From: Callorhinchus milii
Taxonomy: Eukaryota
NCBI RefSeq assembly: GCF_018977255.1
Contig: NW_024704742.1
Coordinates: 113,462,001 to 113,526,000 of the forward strand
Length of the DNA stretch: 64,000 nt
Direction of reading: 5' to 3'
Position numbers and translations under genes: made by a program
Notes under the pieces: generated by a model
Databases searched by the model: none
Seen by the model: only the letters and a program-made list of their open reading frames with translations
Told to the model about the DNA's origin: nothing
In this document: one piece after another, positions 52,343-64,000 of the stretch
How positions within the stretch are numbered: position 1 is the first letter of the stretch
Layout: each line of letters starts with the position of its first letter

Positions 52343-55300
52343 CATGATCAGTTAACACTTCCTTATCCAGTGCAGTGGTAGCCGTCAATTTTTCCACAAC
52401 ATCAACTGGTTTCTGCTCTTCCTCTGTGTCTGGCTGTGCTGGGAAAGAAGCTATAGTTGTTGGAATGGTGGAAAATGTTGAAGCTTCTACAGCCTTTTGA
52501 TCTCCTGCTGGAGGAGAGTCTGGAGATGCTGCAGCCGAGTCTGGAGATGCTGCAGCCGAGTCTGGAGATGCTACAGCCTTTGACGTGACCCCGATAGGAG
52601 AGACAGCAGCAGAAGGTTTAAAGACTGGTGTTACTCTGGTCGGCGACATTGTGAAATATTCGTGATCGATGTCCAGTTGGGACAGACTGCCTGTCATATC
52701 GATGTCTGAGACACCAGGAAGCAGGGTACTCGATTCACCAATAATTACAGTCTCTTCCACTGGAGTCTCACCAGGATCATTTTCAATAATAAGTGGTAAT
52801 ATATCTGTTACTGAAGATTTTGGTTTGACTGTTGTTTTTACTTCAGTGTCTTTGATGGATGCACTTGTACCAGGTCTTGTTTTGGCAGAGGCAGCTGTTG
52901 TTGTTGGGAATAATTTGATTGCTTTTGTGGTTACCTCCATTACCTCCACTCCAGTGACGGAGGCTGTGGTTCTAACCTTGGTGTCTGTTTCAGAGCCTGC
53001 TGTGCTCAGTTCCTTTGTGCCTGTTGTTTCCTCTGGAGTACCTGATCCTTCTATCTCTTCTGCTGTTACAGATGAGGAGGTAACAGTTGATTCAACCAGG
53101 GAATGAACTATCTTTTGTGGCGATGTAGAGGTTTTGGCAATTATCTCAGGAACTATTTCGGCAGTATCCTTCTCAATCTCATCTGGGGTGGAGTCTTCAA
53201 CAGGTATGTAAATTTCACTCACAGGCACTGAGGTAACCTCATGTGGATGGTGAGATATTGTCTTCTCTGAGGTGGAGTCTATTACCGGAATGTGACTGAC
53301 GATCACAGGCATTGAAGTGACCTCTTGCACTGAAACAGGATGGTGAGATACTGCTTTAGATGACTCAGTCACAAATCTTTTAGAAATAGTTGATATTTCT
53401 GGGGTACTTGAATGTGATTCAATGTCCTGGCCAATCGCACTACCTTCTTCGCTTGCTGATTCTGGTTGAATCTTTTCTGCAGTACTAATGTCTAGCTCTT
53501 CTTGAATACCTGCAACTGTGGAATTTACAATAGGCAATAATGTGCTTGGTAAAACAGTCACAGCGGACTCAGCTTTCGTTTCCTCAGAATATGTTGGTAC
53601 TGGTCGTACTGGGTGAATTTTATCCCCAGGTACAAATCTAGGTTCTGATGTTTCTTGTGGAGTTATCACTGTTGTATAATGACTCTCGCGTTTTGCTTCT
53701 TCTGGTTCTTGCACTGTTGTAGTTATGTGATGTATTTTCTTTTCTACCTCTATCTGTGGTGACAGAGTCTCAAATCTTATCATATGATCAGATCCAGAGG
53801 TGTGGACTGCTCGACTTTCCTCAGCAGCTTGTGTTAGGACGCTAACCGACTCTGGTGTAGCCGAAACTGTGGACTGGCCCTGCGGCAATTGACTTATCAT
53901 ATCCACGTTCCCATCTGATTCAAGAGTAAAAACATCTGGTTGTTCTTGAGTGCTTGTAATGGTAATAGTCTGCGACACACCATGCTCTTTCACTGATTCC
54001 TCTGTGATGCCACTTGTAGATTCTATACTCACTTCCTCGACTGTGGGTTGATGGCTTACAAAATGCAGGTGGCCACTAGGTTTATGGTCATATTCTGTTG
54101 GCCTATCATCACCAGAAGCATTTACAACCTCTGTGTGACTTGAGACCGTCTGAACTTCTGGAAAGAAGAGACCTTCAGCTTCTTTAGGTTCGAGTCCACT
54201 GGCCTCATCCACATCAGTCTCATGAGCAACTTTCTCTATCAAAGCTTCAGAAGATAATCCAGTCGAATCTGTAGATTCCACTGTCTTACCAGTATGAGTT
54301 GGCTCAGCAAATGCATGAATCAGCCCTGTTTGATTAGCTACTAATTCTTTCTTCATTAGATCGTCAGAAAAATATTTTGATGGGATTACTCTTGCAGCAT
54401 GACTTTCTGGAGTGGTAACTGTTTGCTCGAACTGCGTGGACTGGACAACGGAGCTTTGAGATTCCAAAGTAATGACTTGAACTGTTGACTTTTCAATAAC
54501 TTTAGCTGAATCAGCGAAGACAACCTCAGTGTTCGCATCTTCAGAATCTCCTTGGGATGTTACTTCTGGTAGAATCAATGAAGTAGATGGTCCTTCATCT
54601 TCAAAAGATTGTTCTTGCCCGTCTTCTTTTTCATCACTTGACAACATAATGCTAGAAGATCCTTCAGCTTCATCAGTGCTCGATTGCGTAGACAAAGAGG
54701 CCATCGGTCTTAATGTTGAATAAACTGATGGCTCATCAGTCATTGTTCTCATAGTTCTTGAGGCTAATAATATGCTATCTTTAGTTGCAGACACAGTTAT
54801 GGGTGGTGTAGTTTCTGGTACAATGCTTATAGGTACAACTTTTATAATATGACTGGCGTCTTCGATACTCGTGGCTTCCGTTCCAGTGATGTCAGAAGCA
54901 GGTTCAGCTGTACTCAGTGAATGCGTCACTACCTCTTTCTTGCTGTCCTGGTCTTTCCTTGTTCTATTACTATGGTCCTCAGATGTAGTAGAAGCTAAAA
55001 CTGTTTTTCTGTCACGTTCTGTAGTTACTGAATCATTTGACATGAATGGCAGCAATGTGGATTTCTTTTCATCTCTGGATTCTTCTGGTTCTGCCTGTTG
55101 TGTTACAGCAGTTTTATTTAAACTGCTGGCTGGAACATCACTAGCATACAGTACCGTTATTTTCTCAATCTGCTTATCAGTTACCTCCTCTGGGCTTTCT
55201 GTCCCTTCTTGAGATGTGGGAACGCTACCAAGATGTGTGTCTTGTGGTAAAGCAGGTTTATCTGTGATCGAGGTTGGCACAACCTCAATTGGTACAAATG

Positions 55301-55960
55301 TTTGGACACTTTCACTCTGACTTCCTACAATTGTTGTACTGACAGTGCTGGTGTCTAAAGGTGCCTTTGCACTGACAGTGGTTTCTGCAATGGATATGTT
55401 TTCTTTTACATCCTGTGGACCAACAGTCTGACCGTCTTTTTCTACGCCTGCAGTTATCACAGTGCGGGTGATCACAGATATTTCCAGCTTGTCATCCACT
55501 GGCATTTTTCCAGTTGTCACTTCTTCAATCAATGTTTCTAAACTGGGTTGAATTATTTTACCATCGTAAAATTCTTTTTCAAAATCAGCTTGACCAGTTG
55601 GTGGCATTGAGCTGGTCTCCACTACCGGATATTCAGTATGCAGGCTAACATCTTCATCTTGACTTTTAATTTCGTGTTCAGCAGGCGCAGCAGCCACAGT
55701 ATGGTTTTGAACATCTTGTCTGAGTGATGGTTCAAATAAGGCAGGGGAGACAACAGTAAGTGTTGGAGTGGGCTCAGTATCTGGGAAGACACTTATCTGA
55801 TCTTTTTCATGAAGACGTTCTGATTTAGGACTACTGCTCTGGCCATAACCTCTATCAGTAGGTGTGGAAGACAGATTCATAGCGAGTTCTCTGGAAATTT
55901 CATGAACTTTGACTTCTGAGACCTGGGGCATCAATGGCGGAGGTACCTTTACCCGCTTGC
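52343..55960 (-). CDS. vcan: Versican GAG-alpha exon (chondroitin sulfate attachment region), 3618 bp, 1206 codons
   Basis: Within ORF 52329-56006. Rich in S/T/E/P/V with acidic Ser-Gly sites (EASG, NASGDD, EGSGT). Acceptor TTATTCTTAG|GC at 55960 and donor CATG|GTAAGT at 52343. Phase 1-1, length divisible by 3, directly downstream of G1. Confidence 0.92.
52516..52578 (-). repeat. Coding 21-bp tandem repeat x3 in GAG-alpha, (A[V/A]ASPDS)3
   Basis: GAGTCTGGAGATGCTGCAGCC twice exactly, plus one copy with a single mismatch. Confidence 0.95.
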
Positions 55961-58128
55961 CTAAGAATAAAAGAAGTTTGGGAGATATTAAAAACCTATA
56001 CTGCATTGGCTCCTATATTGTTTCTTACACAACCATAAAAATAAAATTATTTATTTTAAATATATGAATAATATAAAAACTAAAATTACATCATAAACAT
56101 TTAAAATTATAATTAAAAAAAGTTTATTTCACAATAACAATAAAACTAGCTTTAAATTAAGCTCTAAAGCAAATTCTTGGAACCAACTCTTGGAATCAAT
56201 CCTAACTAAACATCTCTAGAGAAAAATAAGGATTGCATTCAAGTGACAATGTTTTGCAGGGAGGGATAAGAACTGGAAGAGTACAATGGTGAAATTGCAT
56301 TAACTCAATTCTGCCTTTTGCCCTTAGTTGCTGGCTCTGTGATTGGAAAGAACCAAGGACATAAAGTGCAGGTCAATGCAGCATGTACACAAACCAATCG
56401 CTTGCAATTCCTAACAATCATCAGTAACAGCAAAAGGTCTTCAAAAAGGAAATGGCTTGACTCCATAGGCAATCTTTATTTACTGCCTTTTAGGGTAAAC
56501 TTGTGACATTTCATAACAGATTTGATGTGATAGAATCTATTTCTGAAATGACACAAATGCACCCTCCAAAATAAGTACAAAATGCCTTCTGAAAGTTCAA
56601 TCCTAACTGCAGTGTATTAATATTCCGAGCTGCTTAACAGACACATGGGCTGTTAAGCACAGACTTATCAGAACTGAAACTCCGGTGCAACACTTATGGG
56701 AACACTTAAACCAAGATCATGATCGTCTGTTCAGGTGGTTGTTAAAGAAGGGAGTTTCCCTCGCCAATAATCCTCCAGAAAAATTAGTCACTTCATGGCT
56801 ATTTGCGAGACCTGGCTGGGTGAAAATTGGTTGCTTTGTTTGCCAGCAACTACACAGTCACTACACTTTATAGGAATTCCTTGAAGCATTTCAACATTGT
56901 AAGCGCTATATGAAATGTAAGGCTTATTATAATTTCTATTAACAAACCCTATCGTCAAACCTAGTTCTAATGGGAAACACAAAGAAAAGTCTATATAATT
57001 ATACTTATGATCCTCGTAAAGATAATTGAAAGTTAACTTTACTTCACATCATGCTCACAATGTCTTTTGTTTTGCTTTAACAGTTGTGGGTTATTGTAGT
57101 TTCAATTATGTTTTCAGCTTATACAGCACAAAGAGAAGTAACTTTGATATTAATGCTATTATTACAATGTGCAAAAAAAAATTCAAATCAATTGTATGGG
57201 AACATTTACTTGGTGCTAATAATTCGTTTTTTACGAGTTCTTTAAAAAGTACATGAAAGTGAGAGTTGGCTTCATTCCTTTTGTATCTGAACTTGCCATT
57301 TCCTGACTCTTTAGACTGTTTCCAAAAATACCAATATAGGCAGACAAAGCTGCTTTCGGCAGACACTTGCTCAAAAACAGTAATAAGTCAAACGTAAACA
57401 TTCATCCTGAATATAAGATACTTTTAAGAAACACCCCTGTATTATAGCATTGTATATTTTCATGTTACATTTTGTGTGACATTATAAGTAGCTGCTAATT
57501 TGAGACAGTTGTTCTTTATTTTTACCAACAATCTATGCCAGGAGTGTGAATAACACTGAACTGCAGGAAGAGGTATGTTTCCAGCTAGGATAACCGCAGC
57601 CTCAGCAGGACTATAATAGCTATATGTGCCACTAATACAGATGAGTTATTGTTATAGCAGAAAAATGAAAAGAGCTATTGTAGATTTGTGGTGAATCATT
57701 TGAAGCTTGTTTTTCTCACTTCAATAAATAACACTAATTATACGAATAGCTCTAAAATAGTCCGTGCATGTCTAACTGAGCATATAACTGCCTTGCATCA
57801 AAATTGCAGATATTGTGTTTATAGGTTGCATTCTGAGGTTCTGCCATAGATCTATCCCTACCGCCCAGTTGCTCACTCCACTCACGAACCTGCTTAATGC
57901 TTTATTCATACAGGGGGGAAAAAAATCAATACTTGATCTCCCCTCTCAAAAATGGTTTTTGGAATAGCCAGGTGTCTCACACAATTCAACACCCATCATC
58001 ATGCTTAAGAGTGTATCCAAATCAAACTGAGAATTCCATGCATCCCATCTACACATGGAAATTCCAAAGATATTTTTTGGAACAGAGTGTGAAACCTGCT
58101 TATCTAATTCCAGAGAATATCAGGCGCA

Positions 58129-58261
58129 AAAAACAAAACACAGAATACTGCAGATGCTGGAAATCTGAAACAAAATCAGAGAGAGCTGGGAAAACTCAGC
58201 AGGTCAGGCAGCATCTATGGAGAAAGTGAATCAACGTTTCGGGTCCACAACCCTTCGTCAG
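58129..58261 (-). mobile_element. 133-bp Penelope-like retroposed insertion with an 11-bp target-site duplication
   Basis: Flanked by TATCAGGCGCA (58118-58128) and TATTAGGCGCA (58262-58272). It interrupts an older repeat. Confidence 0.75.
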
Positions 58262-58668
58262 TATTAGGCGCAGGTTGGCAAGAGCCAATCTTGGGGAACC
58301 CAAAGTGGACATTGGGGTCTCCAAGCTAAAATCACATAGCTTGCCAATGAAAAATCTGCCTGGCAAGCTTTCCCACAGTTTGTCCAGCTAGGACCACTGT
58401 ACCAGTTAAGGCTTTGGCTTGCAGCGTTAACCGGAGCTACATGGAAAGAGCCCTGCCCTCAATGATTGGTTTACCCTACCAAGTCCTGCCATAAGCCAGG
58501 CTGGTAGGGCTGTTAACTGCAGTGCCCTGGAACATTGAGGACTTGCCTGGCTCAGGAACTGGACAATTGAGATCCCCACAGAGGATGTGCTTGATTCTGA
58601 CATTCTGTTGAAAACATGTCACCTTGGAGCCAGTTTAGCTCCAAGGAGACCCTGTTACCTCCCACCAA

Positions 58669-58982
58669 GGAGTCCTGTAGCTCAGAGGTTAGAGCACTCG
58701 CTTTGCAAGTGAGACACCTGGGTTCAATTCCAGGCAGGGCGAAACCTTGGGTAAGTTTCCTTACTCCACACGCCTAATAATAATCCTTCCAAAAAAANCA
58801 ATAATAAATTGGTCATTTTCAATCTACGACTGTTTGTGGGACATTGCTGTGCGGTATTGGCTGCCGCTTTTCGCCCGCAAATATACGGTCAATTCACTTT
58901 ACAATCTATTCTGTGAAGCGCTTTGAGGCATCGTGAAGATATGAAAAGCACTATATCAAATGCAAGGATTATTATTATTATT
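58669..58982 (+). mobile_element. Young tRNA-derived SINE
   Basis: Very similar to 11708-12025, including the TTTGCAA loop. Confidence 0.9.
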
Positions 58983-61900
58983 AGGAGTATAGACCCTCCC
59001 AAAACAAATGAAAATAAAATAACAAAACCACAGCTATGAAGACGACGTAACATCTTATCACCCAATTGTCTGAAGTAAAGGGAAAATCCTGTAACTTCTG
59101 ACACCAGTTCAGCCAGACAATACAAGACAAATTTACATTTCAATAGTATCTTTCACATTAGGGGGACATCCCAAAGCACTTAATAATATTGTGCTTGGCA
59201 ACTGAGCTGAGGTTGGAGAGGAGAAAGATGACTAAAAGTGCAGTCAAAGAGGCATATCTTGAGATGGAGTTGAGGGAGACAGACAAAAAAGTCACCTCCA
59301 GTGGCTCCTTGCCTTCAATAACAAAGGCTAAAAATCAAAACCATGTTTTAAATCTAAATCGCTAGTCTCTAGGTTAGGATTGCTGTACTATAGCCAACAG
59401 AAACAGTCTATTGAGATGGGATCCCAACCCTTTTTCAAGCTACCATTGAAATATAATTACATTTTTCACACTGGTTAAAGCACATTGCACTGAAATTACA
59501 TCAGTAACAATGTCCCGCAGTTTTCTTTTACTTGTTAGGTCAAAAGACGTTTTACAGCTATTCTCTCATTGTTCCAGCATTACTTTGGTAAATGAAACCT
59601 TAAGTGCTGTGAGCTTACCAAGATTTATGGAACTCAACTAATAGCTTGAAGTCAGGAACAGAATCAAATATTTTGAATATTTCACTGCACAATTCCTGCA
59701 TAAAAGAGCTATTTAAAAATAGAAAGAAATAGGTTCCAAATATTTTACTGATGAAATTACTGAACCTTTTTGTTCTGTTTACTTCCATATTTACTTTTGC
59801 CTTAATATTGAAAAACTGTTTATACAAGGGATGAATGTTACATTTGCAAACCATTGAATGAACAAGTTTCAAATCATTAGTGGAAGACTATATACATCAT
59901 TGATTCTTATATTTTTCTTACATTTCTTACATCCTTTTATAATCTACTTTGTTGCGATAAGAATCCTGTGATGGTCCTTTCTATAATCTGAATAAGTTAG
60001 GCTAATGCAAGGAGGTGCCACGAAGATATCTGCCTGGTGGTTTGAATCAAGTAAATGGAAGACAGAATCACTAAGAGGCACAGAAACCGAATGAGAGGAG
60101 TTTCAACATTGGCAGGCTTAACGCAAAAAGACCATACAGAGCCGGAGTGTGGGAATGTTTAGTAATGTGTGCAGTGCACAGCTGTAAAGTGCAGGCTTGC
60201 TATGGTGATGACAGAGAACAGTGTATTCTGTAGGGTCTTTGCTAATCTGCACTTAGGCCACGTAAGTAGGTTTTTTCAATGTGCTGTAATAGGCCAACCT
60301 CCAGCGATTGCCGTTAACTTCCAGCTACAGCTGTTTTTTATTATTTAAAGATCTTCCCCTCACCCTCTATTATGTCCTCAGCAGTATCTTGCTGCAGTAG
60401 TCAATGATGTAAGAGCTGAGACAGATTTTCCCAATAAAAACCTTGAGTCTATTAACTTCCCACAACCAATTATCTCACCAACATCTGTTTACATGAAAAG
60501 CCTTTTTGTATTTCTTAAGCTATATATTAATCAAACTGCGAGGTAGAGACAACTCAGAATAGTATTTAGAAATTTATACCAGTCTTGTTAAGGGCCGTGA
60601 TGGTTGATGTGCTCATGCTTTTTCCATAAGTCACAACTATACTTAAAAATTGGCATTTTTCACCAATTCAGTAAGAAAGCAACACATGAAGTTCTGCCTT
60701 GTTTAGAAGCAATGGATTTAGCCTCAGAGTCCCACATGCACAAATCTCGATCAAATCTTATTTGAAGGCAGGAGGAAAGCAAGGTCTGCTGCTGTATTTG
60801 AGAAAAGGAGGAAAGTATGTGTATTTACAAACAGTTTAAAAATGTGGTCTCACAACTGTGGTTTGATCCCCTGGCCAGTGAGTTAGTCATCACATTTGGC
60901 CTCAATGCACTTGGGACAGGGAGGAAAAATCAGCAGGACCAACTCCTGTTGGAAAGTGCACATGTATGGACATCAAGTGAGAACAGCATCGGAGCTGGGT
61001 CTGATATCTCCAATGGTTGCAATGTTTGGAAACACACACTGTCTAGTTTCAGAAATGATGAATGATCACTTGGAACTGTACCAGCATGAGTCAGCGTCTT
61101 CTGGATCAGCGTGGAGAAAATTAGTGCAGAGTAGATTTTGTTTTAAAAAAGAAAAGTATAGGAGGTCCTGGTTAGTCATCTTACAGTGACTTTGAGCATT
61201 TTACCAGTCATTGGTAAAGGGGCTGAGTTGATGTAACATGGAAAGACGAAAGTACAGTACCACCCTTTCTCAGCTGCCACTTCTTTTATTTAAAAAAATA
61301 AAATGTTAAAAAAAATATTCATACAGTTGAACCTCATAATTCAGGCAGCAGTCAGTTCAATTCCACAGGGGACACATTGGAAAGTGACATCATTCTGAGT
61401 AACAGGAAGAACATGTGTTTCACAGACTTAGGTCAGTTCTGTGGTACCTGGCTGGTTGAAAGGGTTCATTGACAATTCGCTTTTATGTTCCAACTTAACA
61501 AACGCTAACCTTGCATGAAAGCAGATCAACCGTTTATATTTACGACCATAATCAGTAAAAAAAAATGACTTACATTCTCTCTTTTTAAATAAAAGTAGCC
61601 AAAGCTGGAAAAATAGCACTCAGCAAAACATTGAAACAACAGTCACAGCATTTCCCATACTAACTGAAGTTCAACAACAACTTGCTTTTATGTAGTGCTC
61701 TTCATGTACGATAACGTCTTGGAACACTTTACAGGGATGGGATCAGATATTCAGCAGGGAAGAGGGGAAGGGAATGGTGACTATAGGCACAGTAGAAGTG
61801 GTAGGTTTTGAGGTGGGACTCAAAGACAGCCTGCTCAAATGGCATGATTATAATAATAATCCTTGCATTTGGCATAGCGCCTTATCACGTCTTTGAGACA

Positions 61901-63774
61901 TCTCAAAGCGCTTCACAAAATATACTCTGAAGTGAATTGATGGCATATTTTGTGATATGATGATACATTTCAAGATGTATTTTACGCTGAGAGCATCGTG
62001 TGCTTCCAAATGAACTTCAATAAAGTTTTGACCAACACTTTTTCATGAAGAAGTTGCCCCTTAAAAAGCAACTTTGTTTTAATTTGCCTGATGAAGATGG
62101 CTTAATGCAACCCAACACAATACACCCAATCTTAGACATCCACAACTGTAATGTCCAGGACATTTTCAGTACCATTGGCACCCTAATTCTATGTACTAAC
62201 AGAATCAGAAATAACATCATCTGGAAAGGTATTTGCATCATTTTGTTCCCAATGTGTTAATCCTCAGAGTGAAGATTGATCAGAAATGTCTGAATTGTCT
62301 TATTATGAGTCATTTTCTGCAAAGGAATTATTTTTGTTCAAGATGTTAGCACTCTTGACAACGCACTTTCATATTGTAAACTACTTCTTTCAAACACCCT
62401 GGAGATCTAAGGCTGAGTCACAAGGATTCATGCATACTGTTGTAGCAGTATAGAAATATAAAGACTGAAAAAAGCGTGCTCACACAGTGGGTGAGTTTAA
62501 GAATGCCATTGAGATCAAACTCTGCACCATGTGAACTCCCGCCATGGCTGGACACACAATCATTGCCCGTAATGGGGTCTAATATGAGATATTCATGTAA
62601 AGGTTGATTTGAATCTCCTCAGGCATTCTGAATGCTGAGAAAATGCAAAAGAACAACTGTGGAATAATATGGATCAATGGTCGTGGGATGACAGTATTTC
62701 CATTGACCTCTTCCCCCCATGTTTTAATAGCTTTCTTCCTTTTATTCTCTCTCACCTAAAAAAAATGTTGCTTTAAATTTTAAGGAAATTGTCTTAAAGG
62801 TCAGAATAAGGCCATAAGGATTTTTTTNCAAGATAATAGGGTAGCTTCAGACTTTTTGGTCACCGTGTATATAATAATAATTTAATTAATTTATAATAAT
62901 ATAATGATATATTATATATATTTATATATAACAGAAAAGTCAGCTTTCAGTGTTAAATAATCTGATGAGGATTCTAACGTGAATCTGATAGAGAAAAGCA
63001 GGAGAGACAATGCGGGAAGCAAAGGTGGCATAGTGGAGCAAGAGAGAAAAAGAGAGGGAAAAGGAAGATCCAAGATAGTGAGAGAAGAAAATATATAAAA
63101 GCTGTGAAAAATGAGAGGGTAGGAGACAGGGCACAGGGGTTCTTCCTAATCGGCTCCTCTTAACTCCACAAGCCAAAGCTTTAATAGCTTGTAGACCGAC
63201 CTCTCAATGGCAGGCTATGTGGTATTAGTACCCCAACTCACACCGTGAAGTCCCTAGTTCTTTGGCTCTCGCCAATCTGCTCTCTGGAAATAGGTAAGCA
63301 GGTTGGGTCCCTCCATGGAGAGTGCATATTCCATTCCAAATACAGGGAAATTTTCATGTAAGATGGCATGCATACATGGAACTCTCAGACTGGTTTAGAT
63401 ACCCTTAACCATAGTGTTTTTTTAATATGTTAAACATGCTGGCCGATTAAAATAATAAGTGTAGTAGTTGAGGTATGTGTCAGAGAGAGACAGAGAGAGA
63501 GAGAGGGGTGTGTGTGTGAGGGGGGGTGGGGACAGGAGAGGAGAGGTAGGAGGAAATTTGAAAAGGAGAAGGGAGGGAAAGAGGTAGTATATTAAGATGA
63601 TGTGTAATTAAACTAGTTGCAGTTCTTGGTATTTTTAGTTGGGTGTGGAACAAATCATTTGACTCTGTATAAAAAAAAATCTATATTATCTAATTTCATT
63701 TCTCCCACCTGTTGCCCTGAGAGACTTGGATATTACATCTACTGAATACCCTTTCAATGATTTGTACAAGTTAC

Positions 63775-64000
63775 CTCGAAAGCAGTAGGCATCAAACTTT
63801 GTGAAGGGATGAGGAAATCCAGTTCTGTTGTTGTATAGGTACTTGGTCCTCACTCCGAGCAGGCCGCCTCCACACTGAGTCCTGGCATAGACTATGGGGT
63901 ATCGCACGCTGCCATCTGCCAGCCAGCCATAGTCACAGCGATCCAGCCCTTCCTTCCAAGCAGCGTGGAGCTGGCCAGTGGTGGCTAACTGAGCACCCTT
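63775..64000 (-). CDS. vcan: Versican exon, G1 second link (hyaluronan-binding) module; 5' part lies outside the window
   Basis: Minus strand reads [75 protein letters not shown], a typical lectican link module. Donor CGAG|GTAACT follows 63775 (phase 1). Confidence 0.95.

Noticed and set aside
58798..62828. Ambiguous bases at 58798 and 62828
   Set aside because: Assembly uncertainty at the ends of homopolymer runs, not biology. Used only as context for the GAG-beta frameshift.
62985..63590. Purine-rich and (GA)n/(GT)n/G-run tracts
   Set aside because: Ordinary low-complexity intronic sequence with no specific evidence of function.
55961..63774. A separate small exon between G1 and GAG-alpha, like the chicken PLUS domain
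   Set aside because: I found no S/T-rich phase 1-1 open frame with good splice sites by eye. A short exon cannot be excluded without RNA-seq.
1582..64000. Alternative lectican identities (aggrecan, neurocan, brevican)
   Set aside because: There is no IGD/G2 after G1. Two giant phase-1 GAG exons, two EGFs and the INGK...EA motif fit versican.

Overview
Vertebrate genomic DNA, most likely from a cartilaginous fish (inferred from the Deu-type SINEs, CR1/L2 LINEs and Penelope-like repeats; species not determinable). The window lies entirely inside one minus-strand lectican gene, versican (vcan). Six coding exons are visible with canonical GT-AG boundaries, all phase 1: the end of the second link module of G1 (63775-64000, open at the window edge), GAG-alpha (52343-55960, 1206 codons), GAG-beta (15388-19433, 4046 bp, one base short of frame), EGF1 (14879-14995), EGF2 (13597-13710) and the first C-type lectin exon (1582-1740). 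The introns are dense in tRNA-derived SINEs, LINE fragments and unclassified repeats. I found no convincing new multi-gene system. The best leads are: a 1-nt frame break in GAG-beta; a positionally conserved ADAMTS/versikine-like site and a conserved GAG-alpha motif; a seventh cysteine in EGF2; a possible CORE/Deu hybrid SINE whose inverted copies bracket the alternatively spliced GAG exons; a minimal hammerhead-ribozyme core on the pre-mRNA strand; and two near-perfect local inverted repeats. Human comparisons are from memory and need alignment.
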